A DNA stretch of 64,000 bases, from positions 41,912,001 through 41,976,000 of the forward strand of contig NC_043010.1 in NCBI RefSeq assembly GCF_006345805.1, in the 5' to 3' direction. The notes beneath the pieces are model-generated. The model did not search any database and was not told where the DNA came from. It worked only from the letters and a program-made list of their open reading frames with translations. Both the position numbers and the translations under genes were made by a program. The stretch is from Octopus sinensis. Its lineage: Eukaryota. Below, one piece after another: positions 63,915 to 64,000 of the stretch. Within the stretch, counting starts at the first letter, position 1. Each line of letters starts with the position of its first letter.

Positions 63915-64000
63915 TACTATTCTGTACATTGTCACATATTTCTTTTAAATAAATAATCCATAATCGTATTTCTATAAGTTTATATTTAATAGTTACGTCT

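Overview
Eukaryotic, AT-rich (intergenic or intronic) DNA saturated with microsatellites and decayed mobile elements. The SINE families and repeat make-up point to an octopod cephalopod (Octopus-like); this is an inference. No host protein-coding gene can be supported with confidence: there is one candidate terminal exon at 6762-6986 (-), and most ORF-track entries are microsatellite translations. Recognisable elements are tRNA-derived SINEs (several with target-site duplications), RTE LINE fragments, a young 5'-truncated Dong/R4 element with an uninterrupted C-terminal ORF inserted in (TAA)n, two Penelope-like (GIY-YIG) fragments, mariner, Tc1-like, Tigger and MULE fossils, MITEs and a non-autonomous Helitron. 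The most notable signal is a dense set of type I hammerhead-ribozyme (HHR) motifs from several repeat families. These include one fully canonical copy (6348-6442, -), an inverted pair (26513-27548), and a tRNA-promoter/(TAA)n/HHR module that sits directly downstream of two different Penelope-like endonuclease fragments. The window also holds large fold-back structures (1-1200, 7521-9190), and some of these could be assembly artefacts. All calls are by eye, without database searches or folding software.
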